DNA from: Candidatus Methanomethylicaceae archaeon
Lineage (GTDB): Archaea > Thermoproteota > Methanomethylicia > Methanomethylicales > Methanomethylicaceae
Assembly (NCBI GenBank): GCA_025057955.1
Contig: JANXER010000001.1
Coordinates: 46,917-110,916, forward strand
Reading direction: 5' to 3'
DNA: 64,000 nt
The stretch's first letter is position 1, and each line of letters begins with the position of its first letter. The position numbers and the translations under genes were made by a program. The notes beneath the pieces were generated by a model. It worked only from the letters and a program-made list of their open reading frames with translations, was not told the origin of the DNA and did not search any database. This document shows, in pieces, positions 38,431-48,613 of this stretch.

Positions 38431-39540
38431 ATGATTAGAAAAGTGGGATTAATAATAAATCCAATAGCAGGAATGGGGGGATCTGTGGGATTAAAAGGAA
38501 CCGATGGAGATGAAATATTAGAGAAGGCTATAAAGCTTGGGGCGAAAAAAGTCTCTTTAAAAAGAGCAGAGGAATTTTTGAGCTCATTAGGAGCCTTAGC
38601 TAATACTATAGAGTTTTGGACTTGTCCCGGAGAAATGGGAGAGGAAGTTTTTAACAAATTGAATATAAAATGTAAAATTATTCCTGGAAAGATTGGAAAA
38701 ACAACAGCTGAAGATACAAAGAATGCTGCAAAATATATGCTGAAGCTTGGATTAAGCATAATAGCCTTCTGTGGAGGAGATGGAACTGCTAGAGATATCT
38801 TGGATGCCATTGGAACTTCAATTCCCATAATAGGCATTCCAGCAGGAGTAAAAATGCACAGTGGAATATTTGCAGTAACACCAAGAGTTGCAGCTGAATT
38901 GTTAATAAAGTATTTGTGGGATGAGTTGCCAGTAAAGGAAGTTGAAGTAGCTGATGTGGATGAAGAAGCTTATAGGGCTGGAAGACTTTCATCAAAGCTC
39001 TATGGTTATTTATTAACTCCCTATGAGTCAGATTCCATACAAGGCATGAAGGCACCAACCCCAATTAAAGATGATGTAATGGAAAATATGAAGGCAATAG
39101 CCAAATGGATTGTAGATAACATGGAGGAGGATGTAGTATATATTCTTGGGCCAGGAACAACAGTTAAATCAATTATGGATATTCTTGGCTTAGAGGGAAC
39201 ACTTCTAGGCGTAGATTTAATATTGAATAAAAAAATGCTTAAGCAGGATGCAAATGAAGGAGAAATTCTTCATTATATAAGAGGAAGAAGGGCTAAGATT
39301 ATTGTTTCCCCTATTGGAAGACAAGGATTCATATTTGGAAGAGGAAATCAGCAAATTAGTTCAGAGGTAATTAAAACAGTAGGAAAGGATGATATACTAA
39401 TTATCTCAACAAGAGAGAAGCTTAAGGATATAAAAGCTCTTAGGGTGGATACTGGAGATATTGAAGTAGATAAGATGTTTTATAATGGTGTAAAAGTTCT
39501 CATAGATTATGGAATTTTTAAAATATTTAAAGTTTCTTAA
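38431..39540 (+). CDS. ATP-NAD kinase-like protein (COG3199 family)
   Basis: AFCGGDGTARDI GGDGT motif in a 369-aa protein that is distinct from the nadK above. Confidence 0.55.
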   Translation: MIRKVGLIINPIAGMGGSVGLKGTDGDEILEKAIKLGAKKVSLKRAEEFLSSLGALANTIEFWTCPGEMGEEVFNKLNIKCKIIPGKIGKTTAEDTKNAAKYMLKLGLSIIAFCGGDGTARDILDAIGTSIPIIGIPAGVKMHSGIFAVTPRVAAELLIKYLWDELPVKEVEVADVDEEAYRAGRLSSKLYGYLLTPYESDSIQGMKAPTPIKDDVMENMKAIAKWIVDNMEEDVVYILGPGTTVKSIMDILGLEGTLLGVDLILNKKMLKQDANEGEILHYIRGRRAKIIVSPIGRQGFIFGRGNQQISSEVIKTVGKDDILIISTREKLKDIKALRVDTGDIEVDKMFYNGVKVLIDYGIFKIFKVS

Positions 39541-39609
39541 ATTAATATTTTAATAAACTTTAAATTAACATTAAGAGAAATATATTATGAAGAATTATCA
39601 TGAATAAAA

Positions 39610-40014
39610 CTAAAGTTTTTTAATGAATTCTGCATAAGCCTTGGCATCCATTAGATCTTCTGTTCCTCCTTCTACTTTTACTTTCACCAACCAGCCTTCA
39701 CCATATGGATTCTTATTTATTAGCTCTGGTGAATCAATAAGTTTAGAATTTATTTCCATTACTATGCAATCCACAGGAGCATAAACCTCAGCTACTGCTT
39801 TTATAGATTCCAATGTGCAAATTGTTGATCCCTTTTTAAAAGATGAGCCAATTTTCGGGAGCTCTACATAAACAATATCATGTAAATTCTTTTGAGCATA
39901 ATCGCTTATTCCCATTCTAGCAGGATTTTCATTAATTGCTATCCATTCATGAGTTTTAGAATAGAGCAATCCTTCAATTATTATGAAATCTCCAACCTTT
40001 ATAGTTGAGTTCAT
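39610..40014 (-). CDS. gcvH: Glycine cleavage system H protein (lipoyl carrier)
   Basis: Lipoyl-lysine region LESIKAVAEVYAP and 134 aa. Confidence 0.85.
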   Translation of the reverse strand: MNSTIKVGDFIIIEGLLYSKTHEWIAINENPARMGISDYAQKNLHDIVYVELPKIGSSFKKGSTICTLESIKAVAEVYAPVDCIVMEINSKLIDSPELINKNPYGEGWLVKVKVEGGTEDLMDAKAYAEFIKKL

Positions 40015-40025
40015 TTCATCACCCC

Positions 40026-40226
40026 TTAGAATGGTTTAATCCTAAAGAGACCGCGTTGTGGCTTTTCATTAATTGAAATAAATATCTTCGAAGGATCAAA
40101 TGAAAGAGATGTAAAACATTTAGGACAACTAGAATCATATTTATCAATTATTTCGCGTGGAGAAATAAGCTCTTCATCGTCATAAAGAACCGCTCTACAA
40201 TTATTGCATATGATTTTAATGCCCAT
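40026..40226 (-). CDS. Small Zn-ribbon protein (66 aa), hypothetical
   Basis: CNNC ... CPKC pairs. It is tightly spaced to gcvH and the membrane protein upstream. Confidence 0.4.
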   Translation of the reverse strand: MGIKIICNNCRAVLYDDEELISPREIIDKYDSSCPKCFTSLSFDPSKIFISINEKPQRGLFRIKPF

Positions 40227-40267
40227 ACTCTCACCAAATTCTTAAAACATAATAAAAAAACAAACTT

Positions 40268-40801
40268 TTAAATTCTTTCGCGATAATATTTAGATTTCTC
40301 CAATTTTGGAAAGCTGCGCTCAAATATTTGCAGTCCTCTATTCATAAGAGATTCTATCCATATATCATATGCAAATTGAAGAATAGTATCGGATGATTTT
40401 AAAGAGGATAGTCCTCTTGAACCAATATAAGAGATTATAACCTCGATTATAGCAGAGGATTGAAGTGTATTAGAAGTGAAACATATGATTGTTCTTAAAG
40501 ATTTTAAATAGTCTAAAGAGCTACTTACATCAAAGGAAAAAATAAGCCTCTTTCCAAAACCACCAAATATAAACAATACAGCACCTATTATTATCGCTAA
40601 ATCGTATATAAGAGGAGGGACATTTGTTGAAAAAGATCTATTTATAAAATATACAATCCCGGATGATCCAGCTATAATAATTCCCAATAAGCCAACATAT
40701 GCTCTATTTAGCTTTGGGCTTGTCCAAAATCTATCAATGAAAACTATATCATAAAATATGGAGAGGGTGAGAAGAATTATTTTGGTTTTTATAGATCTCA
40801 T
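40268..40801 (-). CDS. Hypothetical integral membrane protein (177 aa)
   Basis: Several hydrophobic helices and no recognisable motif. Confidence 0.4.
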   Translation of the reverse strand: MRSIKTKIILLTLSIFYDIVFIDRFWTSPKLNRAYVGLLGIIIAGSSGIVYFINRSFSTNVPPLIYDLAIIIGAVLFIFGGFGKRLIFSFDVSSSLDYLKSLRTIICFTSNTLQSSAIIEVIISYIGSRGLSSLKSSDTILQFAYDIWIESLMNRGLQIFERSFPKLEKSKYYRERI

Positions 40802-40944
40802 TTAATAGTTAAATAATTATGGAAAAATATAAAATTAATTGCTTATTAAGCAATTAATTTTATATTTCATTATTTTAAATTGATTAAAAATATTTTTCTA
40901 TATTAACTATATTCACCATGGCTTTTTATTACTTAAATAAAAAT

Positions 40945-41682
40945 CTAGTGTAGTGTATAACCACCATCTATAACAATGTTCTGTCCAGTAATAAAGTCTG
41001 ATTTATCGCTTGCTAAAAATAGTACTAAATTAGCCACATCCTTTGGCTCCCCCCATCTACCCAATGGGATGCTTCTCTTTATTTGTTCATACATTTCTTC
41101 TCCAAGTGCCATTGTTCCTGGCGTCAAAATTGGGCCGGGGGAAATGGAATTAACATTTATTCCATATTTCGCTACTTCTAAAGCTAAAGCCTTTGTAAAT
41201 CCAACTATTGCAGCTTTGCTTGCAGAATAATGAGTTAAATTTGGAAAACCAATAACTGAGCCTGCAATAGAGGCAATATTTATTATTTTTCCCTTTCTTT
41301 GTTCAATCATTTTTGGTAAAACCATCTTAGTGAAGTAAAATACACTCTTCAAATTAACGTTTAACACTCTATCCCAATCCTCTTCTGTCATATCAATAAA
41401 TTGTTTGAATGGATAAATTCCAGCATTATTTATAAGTATATCAATTTTTCCAAATTTAGCAATTATTTCATTTACTGCTTTTTCAACATCTCCATTATTT
41501 GAAACATCACATTTAATCGCTAAAGCTTCTCCACCAAAGGCTTCGATTTCTTTTCTGACTTTAAATATTCCATCATCTATATCGATTAGGGCTATTTTTA
41601 CACCATTTTTAGCAAGTTCCATGGCTATTTCTCTACCAATTCCCCTTGCAGCTCCAGTGACAATTGCTATTTTATCCTTCAT
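40945..41682 (-). CDS. Short-chain dehydrogenase/reductase (3-oxoacyl-ACP-reductase-like)
   Basis: TGAARGIG cofactor motif, YSASK catalytic motif, and 245 aa. Confidence 0.8.
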   Translation of the reverse strand: MKDKIAIVTGAARGIGREIAMELAKNGVKIALIDIDDGIFKVRKEIEAFGGEALAIKCDVSNNGDVEKAVNEIIAKFGKIDILINNAGIYPFKQFIDMTEEDWDRVLNVNLKSVFYFTKMVLPKMIEQRKGKIINIASIAGSVIGFPNLTHYSASKAAIVGFTKALALEVAKYGINVNSISPGPILTPGTMALGEEMYEQIKRSIPLGRWGEPKDVANLVLFLASDKSDFITGQNIVIDGGYTLH

Positions 41683-41755
41683 ACATTAGAATGTATTATA
41701 ATCAAATATAAGAGTTTAGGTTTTTATTTATTAATAGCTAAGGATATATTTAAAT

Positions 41756-42217
41756 TTGGAAAAAAGGCATAATAATATGGAAAAAGAGGGAAAGAAAATG
41801 GCTTCAAGCGAACTCTTGAATCTTCTAAATGAGGCAATTGCAAGAGAGCTTCAGGTATCCATTCAATATATGTGGCAGCATGTTCAATGGAGAGGAGTAA
41901 AGGGGTTTTCGGTTCAAGATGAATTGAAAAAAATTGCTATAACTGAGATGAAGCACGCTGAGGCCATAGCGGAAAGGCTATTCTATTTGGGCGGTATTCC
42001 TACAACAAAACCTAAAGAAATCTTTGTAGGAACAACTCTCAAAGAGATGATTGAGAGAGATGTAAAAGATGAGGAAAACGCTATAAAACTATACAAGGAG
42101 ATAATAGATAGAGCTCGAAAGGAGAATGATATTACAACAGCATTTCTATTTGAAAGCATACTGAAAGATGAAGAGGAACACCATGATTTCTTCACATCAA
42201 TCTTGGAAGAAATCTAA
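41756..42217 (+). CDS. bfr: Bacterioferritin-like (ferritin-like diiron) protein
   Basis: ELQVSIQYMWQH, EMKHAEAIAERLFYLGG and EEEH ligand pattern. The start could equally be at an internal Met such as MASSELL. Confidence 0.65.
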   Translation: MEKRHNNMEKEGKKMASSELLNLLNEAIARELQVSIQYMWQHVQWRGVKGFSVQDELKKIAITEMKHAEAIAERLFYLGGIPTTKPKEIFVGTTLKEMIERDVKDEENAIKLYKEIIDRARKENDITTAFLFESILKDEEEHHDFFTSILEEI

Positions 42218-42224
42218 CATCTTC

Positions 42225-42233
42225 TTTTTTTTT
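42225..42233 (+). terminator. Oligo-T terminator after bfr
   Basis: A T9 run begins 8 nt after the stop codon. Confidence 0.4.
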
Positions 42234-43282
42234 AAAAGTTTTACTAATTATTATAATAACATGAAAGATTATATCTCTGTAATTATTTTTAATTATTTTT
42301 ACAGAATGGTGTAAGAGGATTATATTATAAAAGCCTTCCTTTGAAAATTTATTTTATGGATTTCTAATTTGAAGGCCATTTATAACAATTAGTTAGATAT
42401 ATATGCTGTTGAGGAAGTTTGGAGAATATTATACTATAAATTTTTAAAACAACTTTTTGATAGATAAGTCTTAACCTATTGAGTCGAAAATAGCATCCCT
42501 TAATTACTTACAATCCAGCAACTATTTCTTCTTATAAATATTTCCCTTCAAATTATTGACTTGCCCATAATTGTCAAAAATTATTTTATTAACAAAATTT
42601 TTGGATTAGGCTCTTCTTGGAGCTCCATTCACTAACCTCCTTGCGACAATGAGGCTCTTGAGAAACTGAAGAAGAAAAGGTAATCTAAACCAACTTGACA
42701 ATTATAAATCCATTCTTTTAGAAGTCACATGAAGGAGCTGAAGTAATAGCCCATAGATATGATGTTACAGGCTTCTTTATTCCAATTTATACATCCTTTA
42801 TACTAGAACTAAAATACTAAGAGGAAAACAAAGGAAGAGTGGGCAAAAAAAGTGCTAGCAAAATGGAGAGAAATTAAAAGGACTAAATAAGGTGGCTTCA
42901 GAGAAAATCTATAACAAATTAAAATTGCAAAAAGCCTCGGCTAGCGCAATGTTCATACAAAATTTATCTAGGATGACTTGTAACATCAGAAAATCTAAAA
43001 ACTTTTGAGGTAAAACTATTAAAGCATCTTTAGTTGCATTTGATCCATCATTTTTATTTCGCTTCTATGAGGCCAATAATATTTTGCTTAAATATTCTAA
43101 TTAAATATTCTAAAAACTCATCAAAAATTTTATTGTATAATTCAAATGAATAATCCATAAATTTGCTGAAAATTTCTCAAGGATGAAAGTTTGATATAAT
43201 TTAATAAAAATTTGATATACAATCCATTGGATTTTAGTAGCTTAAACCCTCACAAATAATTAACGATTAGAAAATTCAATTA

Positions 43283-43383
43283 TGCGGGGGGTGGGATTTG
43301 AACCCACGAAGGCCTGCGCCAGAGGATAACCCATCTTTTTAATCTTGAGTCCTCCCCCTTTAACCTGGCTAGGGGACCCCCGC
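43283..43383 (-). tRNA. tRNA-Leu (anticodon CAA) with a roughly 16-nt intron at the canonical 37/38 position; no encoded CCA
   Basis: Minus-strand fold: acceptor GCGGGGG/CCCCCGC, anticodon stem GAGGA/UCCUC flanking loop CUCAAG-[intron AUUAAAAAGAUGGGUU]-A, long variable arm, T-arm GUGGGUUCAAAUCCCAC. Confidence 0.7.
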
Positions 43384-43417
43384 TTAAGAAAAAATTGGAA
43401 ATAAAAATATTTAACTT

Positions 43418-43648
43418 TTAACCACGAGCGAAATAAGAGGCTAGGAAGAATACCAATATCATTCCAACCATAACTATTATGAATAAATAGCTCATCTTCT
43501 GCTGCTTTTTATACTGCTTAAGCTCCTCTTCATATTTCCTAGAACATTCCTTTGAACATGTTTTCTCCCCCTCAGGAATGGCTTTTCCACAGATAATACA
43601 ATGAGTATGTGGCCCCCATTCCTCCTTCTTTCTTGACATAGTGAACAC
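43418..43648 (-). CDS. DUF2116-like small Zn-ribbon protein with a C-terminal TM helix
   Basis: HTHCIICGKAIPEGEKTCSKECSRKY followed by a hydrophobic tail; 76 aa. Confidence 0.5.
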   Translation of the reverse strand: MFTMSRKKEEWGPHTHCIICGKAIPEGEKTCSKECSRKYEEELKQYKKQQKMSYLFIIVMVGMILVFFLASYFARG

Positions 43649-43649
43649 C

Positions 43650-44342
43650 TCATGGTAAGATTGTTGTGCCTATTTTTTCATCTAGAAAAGCTTTTAAGAT
43701 GTTATTTGGATCTCTTCCATTTACTATTTTCGTCAATATTTTCGAACGCTTTATTATTTTTAAAGCCACTGAGTCGAAAAGCTCATATTCACCAGCTTTA
43801 GTTCCTTGATCCTCTAATATTTTAAGAAGTTCATCAACATTTATAGAATCATATTTCTTAGCATGTGGATCCTTTTTTGGATCGCTAGTATAAACGCCGT
43901 CCACATCACTGGTTATTATTAAAACTTTTGATTTCGTCCTCTCAGCAACAATAGAGGATACAGCATTTGTAGATTGTCCTGGCTGTAAACCGCCCATTAC
44001 TACAATTTTACCTGAAGATATAGCCATATCTAATTCTTGGAAATTGCTGGGAATAAAGCAATAAGCTTCATCACCAAGCAAATTGGCAAAAATTCTTGCA
44101 TTAATATTTGCAATGGAAATTCCAATATGATCGCATGTAGATTCATCAGCACCATTTTCTCTAGCAATTCTTATATAATATCTTGCTGGCTCTCCACCAC
44201 CTATTACAATATATGGCATATGGCCCATAGATTTAATTTTCTTTATAACCTCAGCATATGGTTTGAGGTTTGGCATAACATCAAAGGATGGAAAAAGAAT
44301 ATGTCCACTAAGCTTTATAGTAATGTTCAAATTTTTCACCAA
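43650..44342 (-). CDS. pyrH: Uridylate (UMP) kinase, archaeal type
   Basis: Amino-acid-kinase fold, YIVIGGG, and 230 aa. Confidence 0.8.
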   Translation of the reverse strand: MVKNLNITIKLSGHILFPSFDVMPNLKPYAEVIKKIKSMGHMPYIVIGGGEPARYYIRIARENGADESTCDHIGISIANINARIFANLLGDEAYCFIPSNFQELDMAISSGKIVVMGGLQPGQSTNAVSSIVAERTKSKVLIITSDVDGVYTSDPKKDPHAKKYDSINVDELLKILEDQGTKAGEYELFDSVALKIIKRSKILTKIVNGRDPNNILKAFLDEKIGTTILP

Positions 44343-44392
44343 GAAAAGTTATAGCGAGAAATATATAAAGCTTAGATGCTTGAGGATAGACA

Positions 44393-45625
44393 ATGTCCAA
44401 AAGGAGTTCATTGGAGCTATATAGATTGAAGAAGTTGATAGAGGAATTGGAGTCTAAAGAGGGCAGAGGAACTGAGCTTGTATCTCTATATATACCGCCG
44501 GGAAGGCAAATAGCAGATGCTATGAATAATTTAAGAGAGGAATATGGTACTGCAGCTAATATAAAGTCAAAATCCACAAGAAAAAATGTACAAGATGCCA
44601 TAGAGAGTATAATGCAGAGATTGAAGCTATTTAAAATTCCTCCTCCAAATGGTCTTATAGTATTCAGTGGAGCTATACCAAGGGGACCACCTGGTTCAGA
44701 GAAAATAGAAACCTATGTAATAGAACCTCCTGAGCCAATATCCATATATTACTATAGATGTGATTCAAAGTTTTTCCTTGATCCCATAAAGGAAATGCTT
44801 GCTGAGAAGGACATCTATGGATTAATCGTCTTAGATAGAAGTAGTGCTACTTTTGCAATTCTTAAAGGGAGAAGAGTGGATATTCTTGAAACCATAACCT
44901 CTGGAGTACCTGGAAAGCATGATGCTGGTGGACAATCAGCAAGAAGATTCCAAAGATTAATAGAATTAGCAGCTCATGATTTTTATAAAAGAGTGGCTGA
45001 ACACGCTGAAAAGCATTTTCTAGCTATTGAGAACTTAAAAGGGATAATTATTGGAGGTCCAGGGCCAACAAAAAATGAATTTTATAATGGAAACTATCTT
45101 CATTATCAATTACAAAGTAAGGTGATAAGCATAGAGGATCTTGGTTATACTGAGGAGCCAGGAGTTTATGAGCTTATTGAGAAAGCTAAGGAAGTTTTAA
45201 AGGATGTGGAGCTTATAAGAGAGAAAAATTTAGTTCAAGAATTTTTAGGACTTCTTGTAAAATCATCGAATTATGTAGCTTATGGAGAGAATGAAGTAAG
45301 AGAGAAGCTTGAAAAAGGAGCTGTTAAAATTCTTTTAATTTCAGCTGGTATTGAAAAATATAGAATAAAGTACAAATGCCAAAGCTGTGGATATGAAAAA
45401 GAAGCAACTATAGCAAATAAACATGATTTCTCAAGAGAGACTTGTGAAAAATGTGGAGGAATAATGTATGAGGAAGAAAGAAAGAGTATTATAGAGGAGC
45501 TCGCTAAGCTAGCAGAGGAAACAAAAGCTCAAGTGGAAATTATATCCACTGAAACAAGTGAAGGAAAAATGTTATTATCCTCCTTTGGAGGAATAGTAGC
45601 AATATTAAGATATGTTAATGAATAG
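44393..45625 (+). CDS. prf1: Peptide chain release factor aRF1
   Basis: NIKS codon-recognition motif, GGQ motif (GGQSARRFQRL), a C-terminal Zn-ribbon insert CQSCG...CEKCGG, and 410 aa. Confidence 0.9.
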   Translation: MSKRSSLELYRLKKLIEELESKEGRGTELVSLYIPPGRQIADAMNNLREEYGTAANIKSKSTRKNVQDAIESIMQRLKLFKIPPPNGLIVFSGAIPRGPPGSEKIETYVIEPPEPISIYYYRCDSKFFLDPIKEMLAEKDIYGLIVLDRSSATFAILKGRRVDILETITSGVPGKHDAGGQSARRFQRLIELAAHDFYKRVAEHAEKHFLAIENLKGIIIGGPGPTKNEFYNGNYLHYQLQSKVISIEDLGYTEEPGVYELIEKAKEVLKDVELIREKNLVQEFLGLLVKSSNYVAYGENEVREKLEKGAVKILLISAGIEKYRIKYKCQSCGYEKEATIANKHDFSRETCEKCGGIMYEEERKSIIEELAKLAEETKAQVEIISTETSEGKMLLSSFGGIVAILRYVNE

Positions 45626-46412
45626 CTAATTTTTTAGATTTCTCTATAGCAGCAATAATAGCATTGCGAAAGATCTCTGGAAGCCCTTTTGAAATCATTA
45701 CATTGATGGCTTCCTCAGTAGTTCCACCTGGAGAGGCCACTAGATTTATCAAAGATTGAAAATCCTCCTTTGAATTTAAGGCTAAAATTCCTGCAGCCTT
45801 ACAAGTTTGAGCCACAAGCTTTCTAGCCATTTCCTTGGATAGCCCAAATTCTTCACCAAGCTCAGTCATTATTTTCATTATTAGGAAGAAATAAGCAGGT
45901 CCACTACCACTTATTCCAGTGATAACATCCATTATATTTTCATCATCAATAAAAAACACCATTCCCACACTTTCAAAAATTCTTCTAGCCAAATTAATTT
46001 CATCATTAGTTACATTAGCATTACGTATAAGAATAGAAATAGATTCTCCAATAGATGCTGCAATGTTTGGCATGGCTCTAATAATTTTGGCATTTTTTCC
46101 TAGCTTAGATTCCATGAAGGAGATGGTTATTCCAGCAGCTATGGAAATGAAGATTTTATTTCCATCTAGATTTTTCCTTATTTCCTCTAGTACCATGGCA
46201 AAATCCTTTGGCTTCACTGCTATAATTATTATATCACAAACATTTAAATCAGAGATAGATTTAACTGATTTAATTCCATCCTCTTTAGCCTTAGTAATTT
46301 TACCTTCATCCAAATCATAAATGGTAGGAATTATTCCAGCCTTTGCCATACCTTTAGCAAGCGAAGAGCCCATTCTTCCATAGCCTATTATACCAATTCT
46401 CACATCATTCAC
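45615..46412 (-). CDS. proC: Pyrroline-5-carboxylate reductase
   Basis: N-terminal Rossmann IGIIGYGRMG and the ProC C-terminal dimerisation region. Confidence 0.8.
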   Translation of the reverse strand: MNDVRIGIIGYGRMGSSLAKGMAKAGIIPTIYDLDEGKITKAKEDGIKSVKSISDLNVCDIIIIAVKPKDFAMVLEEIRKNLDGNKIFISIAAGITISFMESKLGKNAKIIRAMPNIAASIGESISILIRNANVTNDEINLARRIFESVGMVFFIDDENIMDVITGISGSGPAYFFLIMKIMTELGEEFGLSKEMARKLVAQTCKAAGILALNSKEDFQSLINLVASPGGTTEEAINVMISKGLPEIFRNAIIAAIEKSKKLAIH

Positions 46413-47757
46413 CCAAATAATCCAACCATGAGCCCTCTATTCTTCTATGAATAAAGGGTTTTGCATTCTTTCCAACATAATCAGCAACTTTCTGTCCAGA
46501 GCCAAGAAGTATATATTTTGTTGTAACTAATCCCTCTAAGCCAACTGGACCTCTAGCATGAATTTTATTAGTAGAAATACCAACTTCAGCTCCAAGGCCA
46601 TATCTATATCCATCACTGAACCTTGTAGATGCATTATGCATTACAGTAGAAGAATCCACCATGCTGAGAAACTTCTTTACTGTGGAAATATCCTCAGCAA
46701 TAATTGAATCAGTATGATGGGAGCCATATCGATTTATGTGCTCTATTGCTTCATCCACCCCATTTACAATCTTTATTGGAAGTGTTAAATCTAAGTATTC
46801 TGTAGACCAATCCTCTTCTATAGCTGGCTCTGCGGGAATATTGTAATGCTTCAATATTTCCAAGGTTTCTGAACATCCCTTTATTTTAACACCACTTTCA
46901 ATCAATCGTTTTGCTACATCTGGTAGAAAATCCTTTGCTATTGCTCTATCTATTAGCAATATCTTCATAGAGTTACAAGCAGCAGGATATTGAACTCTAG
47001 CATCATGGCATATTTCCACTGCTATATCTTTTTTTGCACTTCCATCCACATATATATGACATATTCCAGCAGAGTGACCAAGGACTGGAATTCTAGTATT
47101 CTCTTGAATATATTTCACAAATTCATTACTTCCTCTAGGAATGATTAAGTCTATAAGATCTTCCATTTTTAGAATTTCCTTTATTGCTTCTCTTTCCTCA
47201 AGAAGTTGCATACAGCCCTTTGGTAATCCCTCGGCTATAAAGGCCTCATATATTACTTTAAATAATGCTCTATTTGACTCCTTTGCCTCTGAGCCTCCTT
47301 TCAGTAATACTGCATTTCCTGATTTTATGCATAAAGAGGCAATTTGTGGTAAAGCATCCGGTCGACTCTCAAATATAGCTGCAATAACACCAAAAGGAAC
47401 AGTAATTTTAAAAACTCTTAAGCCTTTATCCATTTCCATTGAGTAAACAGTTTTTCCCACTGGATCATCTAATTCCGCAACTTTTTCTATCATTTTACAA
47501 ATCTCATTAATCTTACTTTCATCAAGCTTCAATCGATCTAATAGCGGCTTTATGAGTTTTCCTTCTTTTAATAATTTATGTCCTATTTCCATATCCAATT
47601 TATTTGCCTCAAGAATGAGATCCTTATTTTTCTTTATAGCTAAAGCAGCAGCTCTAAGAGCTTCATCCTTAATATTTCGAGGGAGATTTGCAAGTATTAA
47701 TGAGGCTTTTTTAGCAAACATCACTTGCTCATATAAGCTAATTGTTACATCACTCAT
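46405..47757 (-). CDS. proA: Gamma-glutamyl phosphate reductase
   Basis: ALDH superfamily with the catalytic Cys region HNASTRFSDGY, and 450 aa. Confidence 0.8.
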   Translation of the reverse strand: MSDVTISLYEQVMFAKKASLILANLPRNIKDEALRAAALAIKKNKDLILEANKLDMEIGHKLLKEGKLIKPLLDRLKLDESKINEICKMIEKVAELDDPVGKTVYSMEMDKGLRVFKITVPFGVIAAIFESRPDALPQIASLCIKSGNAVLLKGGSEAKESNRALFKVIYEAFIAEGLPKGCMQLLEEREAIKEILKMEDLIDLIIPRGSNEFVKYIQENTRIPVLGHSAGICHIYVDGSAKKDIAVEICHDARVQYPAACNSMKILLIDRAIAKDFLPDVAKRLIESGVKIKGCSETLEILKHYNIPAEPAIEEDWSTEYLDLTLPIKIVNGVDEAIEHINRYGSHHTDSIIAEDISTVKKFLSMVDSSTVMHNASTRFSDGYRYGLGAEVGISTNKIHARGPVGLEGLVTTKYILLGSGQKVADYVGKNAKPFIHRRIEGSWLDYLGE

Positions 47758-47768
47758 TATTTCACCAC

Positions 47769-48572
47769 CTATTGTTCCATTATAGGTAGAAAGATTGTTC
47801 CTATTTTTTCCCCTGCCACTATTCTCTCTAAAATTCTTTCCTCAGCACTATTTGCAATTACCATTGGAATGCCAGATTCTGTTACAATTTTAGCAGCCTT
47901 TATTTTAGTAATCATTCCACCGAATCCACCATGAGGATTTTGTGCATAAGCTTCAATTTCAGGCGTTATATTTGGTACACATGATATAAATTTTGAATTA
48001 GGATCATTGGGATCTCCTGAGAATAATCCATTAACATCTGAGAGTATTATGAGTAAATCTGCTTGAATATATTTGGCAACTAATGCTGAAAGAGTATCAT
48101 TATCTCCAAATTTTATTTCATCTATTGCCACGGTATCATTTTCATTTATAATTGGTAGAACATCAAAGGAAATTAAAGTATTAAGCGTATTTAATAGATT
48201 CCTCAATCTTTTTTTATTTTTGAAATCATCCCATGTTAACAATATTTGAGCAACAACAATACCTCTATTCGCCATAATTTTTCTATAGGCTTCCATTAAT
48301 AGCACTTGACCAATGGCAGCTAATGCTTGAAGACTAGGCATGGTGGTTTTCTTTTCGCGAATAATACTCTTACCAGCTCTAATTGCTCCTGATGATACTA
48401 ATATTACATCGATTCCAATTTTCTTTAATGCCATAATCTCATCACATAATCTTTCAATTTTTTTAATATCTAGAAAGCCCTTTTCATCAGAAAGAGAGGA
48501 TGAGCCAACCTTTACTACTATGAGCTTTGATTTTCTTAAGTCATTTCTAAATTTCTCCTCTTGAATAGACAT
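47769..48572 (-). CDS. proB: Glutamate 5-kinase (no PUA domain)
   Basis: Amino-acid-kinase fold VVKVGSS and 267 aa. Confidence 0.75.
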   Translation of the reverse strand: MSIQEEKFRNDLRKSKLIVVKVGSSSLSDEKGFLDIKKIERLCDEIMALKKIGIDVILVSSGAIRAGKSIIREKKTTMPSLQALAAIGQVLLMEAYRKIMANRGIVVAQILLTWDDFKNKKRLRNLLNTLNTLISFDVLPIINENDTVAIDEIKFGDNDTLSALVAKYIQADLLIILSDVNGLFSGDPNDPNSKFISCVPNITPEIEAYAQNPHGGFGGMITKIKAAKIVTESGIPMVIANSAEERILERIVAGEKIGTIFLPIMEQ

Positions 48573-48613
48573 ACTACATCGAAATTAAGGATAAGAGAAC
48601 AAATATTTTAATT

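Noticed and set aside
42218-43282. SRP RNA or RNase P RNA in the large spacer
   Set aside because: Structured RNAs in AT-rich archaea stand out as GC-rich islands, as the tRNAs do here. This spacer is uniformly AT-rich.
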